64,000 nucleotides of DNA from Fibrobacter sp. (GTDB taxonomy: Bacteria > Fibrobacterota > Fibrobacteria > Fibrobacterales > Fibrobacteraceae): positions 54,120 to 118,119 of the forward strand of contig NZ_JAFWOM010000133.1 of NCBI RefSeq assembly GCF_017545445.1. The letters are read 5' to 3'. Under the pieces are notes generated by a model, which had not been told where the DNA came from, made no database searches, and saw only the letters and a program-made list of their open reading frames with translations. Position numbers and translations under genes: made by a program. Positions 57,863 through 64,000 of this stretch are shown here, one piece after another (positions within the stretch are counted from its first letter, which is position 1; the number at the start of each line of letters is the position of its first letter).

Positions 57863-59022
57863 AAAAAGGTATGGAAACTTCGTTTTGTGTTTCGTTTTGC
57901 GTCTTGCTTTGCCTGTCGCTGTTTTTAGGTTGTTCAGAAAGCAATACCGCAGGTGCCACAAGTGAAACGACAAACGGAATAGCCGTCATGGTTGTTGACG
58001 GTTCAAACAAGCCTTTCGTTCATGCGCAAATGAAGGTATATTCGAAAGACGCCTTCTCAGTCGTTGACAGTGCCCTTTCTGATTCAAGCGGACGAGTTTC
58101 TTTCTACGATAGTCTCGGTGTCTGTGCAGGCGGAGATTGCTTTGTGGAGGCTCTTGCGGGTGAAGATTCCGCATTCATGAGCTGGTCATCAGTCAATTTC
58201 GCCGACTCTTCGGTTCAAGAAATTGCGTTACTGCCCTCGGCATCGCTCATCGTACGTACTGGCGTTTCTGCTCAAGAAAATAGCAGCCTGTCAGAAGATG
58301 TCAAACTGGAATCGACTCCCTATTTTGCAAAACGCTCCGGTAGCGAGTACGTATTTGCACATGTGCCAGCTGGACTCTTTACCATTGTTGCCGGGGACTC
58401 GTCCATTGCAGAAGTGTCGCTCAAACCAGAGGACGCTGCGGACATGCTTGTTCCTGTTCCGGGAAAGTCTGTCGAATACGTTTTCGAAGACTTTGACGAT
58501 GGCGATAACTTGAACAACCTTGCTAAAACTTATCCCAATTATGGCTGGTATTTTAACGCCGTTGGCAAAGCGAATTTCACGGTCCCCGATAGTGCAGGTG
58601 GTTTCACATCTGCATTAAAAGAAGATAAAGATTACGGAAAATATCTAGCTCTTAAGTTTGCGATTGATTCGGGCTTCGTTTTGTTAGGAACGCATCTCGG
58701 ACTTGATACAGGATTTTTCGACCTGAGCAATCTCACAGCGATTCGCCTTACGGTGCGAGGCGACTGTGAATTGAACATTGCTTTGGAGCATTACCGCGAA
58801 GTGGGAGAGAATGCCTTCAAAAAATCGTTATGGACGGCCAAAGCGACCGAAAATTGGAATGAAATCATTTTGCACCCCGGTAGGGAAGTTCTTGAAGAGA
58901 GTTCCTATCAAGTGGAGTGGAATGAGATTTCTCACGAAATCGGTCTATTCAGCATCTTTATGAGAAGCGGAACTTATCTAGAAGTTGACAAAATCGTGTT
59001 TGAAGGAGTCGATTTCAAATAA
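57859..59022 (+). CDS. Lipoprotein with CBM-like C-terminal domain
   Basis: Lipobox FLGC, AGATSETTNG, FEDFDDG...DLSNLTAIRL...VDKIVF. Confidence 0.75.
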   Translation: MKKGMETSFCVSFCVLLCLSLFLGCSESNTAGATSETTNGIAVMVVDGSNKPFVHAQMKVYSKDAFSVVDSALSDSSGRVSFYDSLGVCAGGDCFVEALAGEDSAFMSWSSVNFADSSVQEIALLPSASLIVRTGVSAQENSSLSEDVKLESTPYFAKRSGSEYVFAHVPAGLFTIVAGDSSIAEVSLKPEDAADMLVPVPGKSVEYVFEDFDDGDNLNNLAKTYPNYGWYFNAVGKANFTVPDSAGGFTSALKEDKDYGKYLALKFAIDSGFVLLGTHLGLDTGFFDLSNLTAIRLTVRGDCELNIALEHYREVGENAFKKSLWTAKATENWNEIILHPGREVLEESSYQVEWNEISHEIGLFSIFMRSGTYLEVDKIVFEGVDFK

Positions 59023-59037
59023 GATTTTTTGTCCGTA

Positions 59038-60129
59038 TTATTCCAAATAAACAACTTCGCCCATTTGCGGCATAAGCATAGGTTTTCCTGATTCCTGAGC
59101 GGCGCGTTTCGCGTTTTCGAGCGGTTCAAAATACGTATGGTAACCCAAGCAGAACTTGGAATGGTGAACCGTCATGTAGCGGTCTGCATTCAAGTCCAGC
59201 ATTTCTTTACTGAGCTGTTCGGGCAAGGTATGAATTTGGTTCCAATCTTCATTGTACTGCCCGTTCTCGAGAATAGCGAGGTCAATATCTGCAAATTTTT
59301 CGCCAATCTTCTTGAAATGCCCGCCATAACCGCTATCACCGCCAATCCAAACGCTACGTTTCGGCGTCTTGAACACAAACGATGACCAGAGCGTTTTATT
59401 CGGCCTTACTCCACGACCCGAAAAATGCCTTGCCGGAGTCGACGTCACATTAAAACCTTCACTCAGATCGGTAGAATCCCACCAATCGAGTTCCACAAGT
59501 TTCTCGACGGGGTAACCCCAGTATTCAAAATGTTCACCCACACCAAGCCCCGTCACCACACACTTTACGCGTGGTTCGAGTTCCTTCACGGCCTGATAAT
59601 CCAAATGATCCCAGTGATCGTGTGAAATCACCAGGTAATCGATATCCGGCATGTCGGCAGGTTTGTAAACATCTGTTCCCTTGAACATCTTGTTCACAAA
59701 GCTTACTGGCGAACCCTGATAAAACACGGGATCCACAAGAATCTTTTTCCCGGATAAATTCATCAAGTACGAAGAATGTCCAAACCATACAATCCAATCG
59801 CGGTCCTGCGGCAGCGATTTCAAGTCCGTTTTGACGACCGTCAGCGCTGTATCGGGAACGGTTTGCGACCTTTTGCCGAACAAGAATTCAAGCGTCGATT
59901 CAAACAAGTTCTTATCGCCCGTCATTGTGACAGTCTTTTCGTCATTCACGAACTTTTGACCATCGTAATGCGGTGACTGTTTGATGCGTTCAAGGCGTTT
60001 GCCTTGCGGAATACGCCCAAATTTTGCCTGGTTCAGGAACAGCACGCCAACGGTTCCCAGAATAAAAAGGGTCGATAAAATAATCGCCGTAATCATGAGT
60101 TTCTTGTTCTTCGCAAAACGCAAGCGCAT
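59038..60129 (-). CDS. MBL-fold hydrolase (RomA/NAPE-PLD-like)
   Basis: WFGHS, SHDHWDH, PARHFSGR, GDSGY. Confidence 0.92.
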   Translation of the reverse strand: MRLRFAKNKKLMITAIILSTLFILGTVGVLFLNQAKFGRIPQGKRLERIKQSPHYDGQKFVNDEKTVTMTGDKNLFESTLEFLFGKRSQTVPDTALTVVKTDLKSLPQDRDWIVWFGHSSYLMNLSGKKILVDPVFYQGSPVSFVNKMFKGTDVYKPADMPDIDYLVISHDHWDHLDYQAVKELEPRVKCVVTGLGVGEHFEYWGYPVEKLVELDWWDSTDLSEGFNVTSTPARHFSGRGVRPNKTLWSSFVFKTPKRSVWIGGDSGYGGHFKKIGEKFADIDLAILENGQYNEDWNQIHTLPEQLSKEMLDLNADRYMTVHHSKFCLGYHTYFEPLENAKRAAQESGKPMLMPQMGEVVYLE

Positions 60130-60136
60130 CGTTTTT

Positions 60137-60718
60137 TTAGCGGATAAAGTTCGTGAAAATTTTCTTTTCGGCTACAGGCTGTTCAACACCCGCCTTCTTG
60201 CCCGCTTCGATGCTCTTCAAAATCCACGCCATGTTGCGGCCCAGTTCCTTCATAATTTGCACGCCTTCCTCGTCCTTCAGCACGTCTTCGGGGCTAGAGC
60301 CGTGAACCATGTTCCAGTAGCGCGATGCCACCATGGGTTGCTGTGCAAATGCTGGGTACTTGTTCAATGCATCGAGAGTGGCGCTAGTCCCTGCACGGCG
60401 GGCAGAAGCAACCGTTGCGGCAGGCTTAAAGAGCAGTTCCGCTTCGGCAACGCCGTAAAGCCTGTCCAAGAACATCAACATTTCACCGCTGGGGGAGGCG
60501 TAATAAACTGGAGAGCCATAGACGACGGCATCGGCTGTTTTAAGGATTTCCTTGGCTTCGTGAACCACGGCATCGGTTTCGCCCTTTAGCACGCGGCCAC
60601 CCACGAAGAAAATTTCCGTCTCGATGCCTGCGGCCTTGAGTTCGCCTGCCACGAGGCTCAGCGCTGTATAAGTGCAGCCTTTTTCACGACGGCTGCCATT
60701 GAATAAAATAACCTTCAT
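60137..60718 (-). CDS. Flavodoxin-like NAD(P)H-dependent flavoprotein
   Basis: NGSRR..GCT, GSPVYY, RRAG, LGRNMAW. Confidence 0.9.
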   Translation of the reverse strand: MKVILFNGSRREKGCTYTALSLVAGELKAAGIETEIFFVGGRVLKGETDAVVHEAKEILKTADAVVYGSPVYYASPSGEMLMFLDRLYGVAEAELLFKPAATVASARRAGTSATLDALNKYPAFAQQPMVASRYWNMVHGSSPEDVLKDEEGVQIMKELGRNMAWILKSIEAGKKAGVEQPVAEKKIFTNFIR

Positions 60719-60759
60719 AATAAATTCCTTTGTTGTAAAAAAGTTTCTTTATTAAAATT

Positions 60760-61206
60760 CTACTTGTCAAAATCGTCCGGGGACTCGAACAACTTTTTCT
60801 TCAGATGCTTGAACCGTCTTTCGTTGGTGGCGACATCCAGGTTGCCCACCCGAACGGCTTCCCGATATAGAAGTTCCTTAAAGCGGATCTTGTTCATGAC
60901 CACTGTAAGGCGGGCCATTTCCTTTTCAAGAATCTTGCGGCGGTTTTCAAAAAGGGACAGCCTTTGGGAAAGCGTTGAATCGCCCTCGTTGAACCACTCG
61001 ATGTATTGGCGGATTTCCTTGATTTGTAATCCCGAATCCTTGAGACATTCAATCATGGTAAGCCAGCGAAGGTCTTCGTCGCTGTAGGCACGCATTCCCG
61101 AGGCGTTTTTCTTAACAAAGGGAAGCAGGCCCTCTTTTTCGTAGTAGCGTAGGGTATGGGCCGAAAGCCCGGTTTTCTTGACGACATCGCCTATGGAGTA
61201 ACTCAT
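60760..61206 (-). CDS. MerR family regulator (AdhR/NmlR-like)
   Basis: TLRYYEKEGLL, IECLK. Confidence 0.93.
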   Translation of the reverse strand: MSYSIGDVVKKTGLSAHTLRYYEKEGLLPFVKKNASGMRAYSDEDLRWLTMIECLKDSGLQIKEIRQYIEWFNEGDSTLSQRLSLFENRRKILEKEMARLTVVMNKIRFKELLYREAVRVGNLDVATNERRFKHLKKKLFESPDDFDK

Positions 61207-61244
61207 ATTAACAAAATATAATTATTTTCGTCCAAATGATAGAG

Positions 61245-61314
61245 TTGGAGTCAACTCTAAATAATTTTTTTCAATTTTTTTCACAAGGAACCGACACCTA
61301 GAGTAAACTCTAAG
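61245..61314. promoter_or_regulatory. Two MerR (NmlR/AdhR-type) operators
   Basis: TTGGAGTCAACTCTAA (61245-61260) and CCTAGAGTAAACTCTAAG (61297-61314). Confidence 0.8.
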
Positions 61315-61353
61315 TATTATATTTCTTATAGAACATTTTCAAAAGGAGATTTT

Positions 61354-61758
61354 ATGTGCTGTTTTGTCGTGCCCATGGCCGAAGCTGTCGTCACCACCAT
61401 AGCAACCCTCGTGTTGCAGCAGACCGACAAGTCCAAAAGTGAATCCAGGAACCTTAAAGCCGCTGTTTCTGGTGCTCCGCAGCCCTTCTATAAAAGTTTG
61501 CGTCTGCTTGCCCGCATGCTCTGGCTTGTGACGGGCGTCCTGATTATCGATCACGCCATGAACGGAGAACTCATGTGGAGTTACCCCTTCTTTACCGCCG
61601 CCACAAGCCCCGAAGGGGTTTCCGAGATGGTGCGGGAAATGTCAACGGTAGGCGTAGCCATGTCGGCATTTATCACGTCCGTATGGGCAGTGATGATTAT
61701 CGCACGCAAGTACAAGGCCCAATCCCTCGCCAAGGCCGAGGTTCACACCAACCACTAA
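61354..61758 (+). CDS. Small membrane protein with N-terminal CC
   Basis: RBS aggag, hydrophobic segments. Confidence 0.75.
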   Translation: MCCFVVPMAEAVVTTIATLVLQQTDKSKSESRNLKAAVSGAPQPFYKSLRLLARMLWLVTGVLIIDHAMNGELMWSYPFFTAATSPEGVSEMVREMSTVGVAMSAFITSVWAVMIIARKYKAQSLAKAEVHTNH

Positions 61759-61776
61759 CCACTAGCCACTAAACTT

Positions 61777-62781
61777 ATGGACAGAAGAGACTTTTTAAAA
61801 ACCGCAGGCGCAGCAGCACTCGCTTCCGCCGTATTCACACCCGCTTTCGCGAAAGGGAAATCCATGGAACAGAAGGAACCCGGAAAGGACGTTTCCAACG
61901 TCTATTTCACCAAGGACCTGAGTGCAGCAGGCCTCATCAAGTTGTACAAGAAAATCAACGAGGGCATTAACGGTCGTGTCGCCATCAAGCTCCACACCGG
62001 CGAAAAGAACGGCCCCAATATTCTGCCCCGCGAATGGGTCAAGGAATTCCAGGCACAGGTTCCCAACTCCAAGATTGTGGAGACCAACACCTGGTACGAA
62101 GGCGACCGCTACACTACCGAACAGCACCGCGAAACCCTCAAGGTGAACGGCTGGACCTTCTGCGATGTAGATATCATGGACGAAGACGGCGAAGTGATGC
62201 TCCCCGTAAAGGACGGCCTCATTTTCAAGGAAATGTCCATGGGCGCACACATCAAGAATTACGATTCCATGATTGTGCTGACTCACTTCAAGGGCCACGC
62301 CATGGGCGGTTTCGGCGGCTCCATGAAGAACATCGCCATCGGTTGCGCGGGCGGACGCCTGGGCAAGAAGATGATTCACGAATACGTGAAGGGCGGCCCC
62401 ACCAAGATGGAAGCGGGCGGCACGGCAGGCTGGAAAACCAGCGGAGCCCTGTTCATGGAAACCATGGCCGATTCCGCAAAAGCAACCTGCGACTTTTTCA
62501 AGGGCCACATCTGCTTTATCAACGTGCTGCGTCGCATGTCTGTAGATTGCGACTGTGCAGGGCTTTCTGCAGCGGAACCCAAGTGCCGCGACATCGGCAT
62601 TCTCGCCTCCACAGACATCGTGGCTGTGGACCAGGCCAGCGTTGACATGGTCTACAAGCTCCCGCCCAAGGAACTTCACGACCTCAAGGAACGCATCGAG
62701 ACCCGCGAAGGCCTGCACCAGCTGCCCGCCATGGAAAAGCTGAAGATGGGTAACCGCAAATACAGAATTATCGAACTGTAG
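61777..62781 (+). CDS. Tat-exported DUF362 Fe-S protein
   Basis: DRRDFLK signal, KLHTGE, HFKGH..GFGG..KN, DCDC. Confidence 0.88.
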   Translation: MDRRDFLKTAGAAALASAVFTPAFAKGKSMEQKEPGKDVSNVYFTKDLSAAGLIKLYKKINEGINGRVAIKLHTGEKNGPNILPREWVKEFQAQVPNSKIVETNTWYEGDRYTTEQHRETLKVNGWTFCDVDIMDEDGEVMLPVKDGLIFKEMSMGAHIKNYDSMIVLTHFKGHAMGGFGGSMKNIAIGCAGGRLGKKMIHEYVKGGPTKMEAGGTAGWKTSGALFMETMADSAKATCDFFKGHICFINVLRRMSVDCDCAGLSAAEPKCRDIGILASTDIVAVDQASVDMVYKLPPKELHDLKERIETREGLHQLPAMEKLKMGNRKYRIIEL

Positions 62782-62862
62782 CCTAGTTCGCGATGGTGCC
62801 GTAGATAATTTTTCGTCACCGTCACGGATTATGGTATATTTCTAAGAAAAGGCAGGTAAAAT

Positions 62863-63060
62863 ATGTCCCTTGGAATTCCAGAAATAATCCTGATTGTGGT
62901 CGTGGTGCTCCTTTTGTTCGGGGCAAAGCGCATTCCTGAACTCGCACGTTCTCTGGGCAAAGCCCAGAACGAGTACAAGAAGGCCAAAGACGCCCTGAAG
63001 GAAGAAGCCGAAGACCTGCAGAAGACGGTGGAAAAAGCCGCCGAGAAAAGTGATCAGTAA
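62863..63060 (+). CDS. tatA: Twin-arginine translocase TatA/E
   Basis: LLLFGAKRIPELARSLGK. Confidence 0.95.
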   Translation: MSLGIPEIILIVVVVLLLFGAKRIPELARSLGKAQNEYKKAKDALKEEAEDLQKTVEKAAEKSDQ

Positions 63061-63169
63061 ACAGTGGTTAGTAAGCAGTGATTAGGCCGTCAGACCGTAA
63101 ATAGGAATGCCGATATCAAGATGTCTTTTTTTGCATATCCTAATCACTAACCACCAACCACTAACCACT

Positions 63170-64000
63170 ATGACAAGCAAACAGGATCAAGAGGCTACGC
63201 TGATTTCGCATTTGGAAGCGCTCCGACGGGCGCTTTTGCGTTCTATTGTCGCCCTTGCCATCGGCATCGTGCCCCTGTTCCTTGTTTCGCCCTACGTTCT
63301 GGACTGGTTCTGTAAGCAAATCGCCCTGCAGGGCGGGCTCACACTCCACTACTTTTCCCCCATGGAAGTGTTCCTGCTGCAGCTCAAGATTTCTGCTCTC
63401 CTGGACTGCGTGCTGTTTTCGCCCTACATCGCCTGGAACATGTGGCAGTTCGTGCTCCCTGCTCTATACGATAACGAGAAACGATTCATCCGCTCCATCG
63501 TGGTCATGACCAGCGGGCTGTTTATCGCAGGCGTCGCCTTCTGCCTTGTCGTCTGCTTCCCGCTGATTGTGCAATTCGGCATGAGCTTTGCAAGCACTAC
63601 CCTACAGCCCGTATTTGGCATCTCTAACCTGGTAACACTCGCGCTCTGGCTTTCGCTTGCGTTCGGATGCATGTTCCAGTTCCCGCTGGTGACCTACGCG
63701 CTTATCCGTGCGGGCATCGTGAATTACGAAACCGTCTGCAGCAAGCGCCCCTACGTGGTGGTCGCGATTCTCGTGCTCGCTGCGCTGCTCACCCCGCCCG
63801 ATATCGTGAGCCAGCTGATGCTCGGCACACCCACATACCTGCTCTTTGAAACTGGACTGCTCGCAGCAAGACGGTACAAGGGACGCACGCAAAAAGAGGT
63901 CCATCCCGAAAACGCCCCGAACATCGCGCCGCGAGATTCGACAGCAACCGCGCCGGAAACCGAGACGGTGGAAACCACAGCGACGAAAGCCGAATCTCCC
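63170..64000 (+). CDS. tatC: Twin-arginine translocase TatC (runs off the window; absent from the ORF track)
   Basis: LISHLEALR, WQFVLPALY, FQFP, LTPPD. Confidence 0.92.
   Translation, partial: MTSKQDQEATLISHLEALRRALLRSIVALAIGIVPLFLVSPYVLDWFCKQIALQGGLTLHYFSPMEVFLLQLKISALLDCVLFSPYIAWNMWQFVLPALYDNEKRFIRSIVVMTSGLFIAGVAFCLVVCFPLIVQFGMSFASTTLQPVFGISNLVTLALWLSLAFGCMFQFPLVTYALIRAGIVNYETVCSKRPYVVVAILVLAALLTPPDIVSQLMLGTPTYLLFETGLLAARRYKGRTQKEVHPENAPNIAPRDSTATAPETETVETTATKAESP

Noticed and set aside
63141-63169. CTAACCA heptamer runs (also ~127, 33265, 61750) as a specific signal
   Set aside because: Appear to be generic intergenic filler repeats with no consistent gene association here.

Overview
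Bacterial chromosomal window, most likely Fibrobacter (inferred from a TIGR02147-type gene, a CBM35-GH26 enzyme cluster and recurrent intergenic repeat families). Left to right it holds: an ECF sigma/anti-sigma/Cys-His-rich periplasmic triad; a frameshifted DUF1538 gene with two PII-like genes; a DtxR/MntR-feoAB-outer membrane protein-flavodoxin-P1B ATPase metal region with repeated TTAG-N6-CTAA boxes; a Wadjet/MksBEFG-like operon interrupted by an ORF6N relic and a YhcG/DUF1016 gene; MMPL, ECF-transporter and AraC-RND efflux genes; a tandem array of ORF6N/YhcG genes sharing a ~95 bp leader; a C5-methylase/McrB-like/LlaJI-like restriction locus; an ABC-ABC-MATE-DMT operon; a mannan-degradation cluster divergent from a TIGR02147 + lipoprotein pair; a MerR locus; tatA and partial tatC. 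The most unusual signals are (1) 27-bp 12-3-12 DNA palindromes of different sequence inside the ORF6N and YhcG coding regions, together with a shared operator/leader; (2) a GTGGACA-N4-TGTCCAC operator linking the TIGR02147/lipoprotein pair to the mannan genes; (3) intergenic palindromic repeats inserted in frame into three proteins. All family calls come from motif recognition by eye, without database searches.
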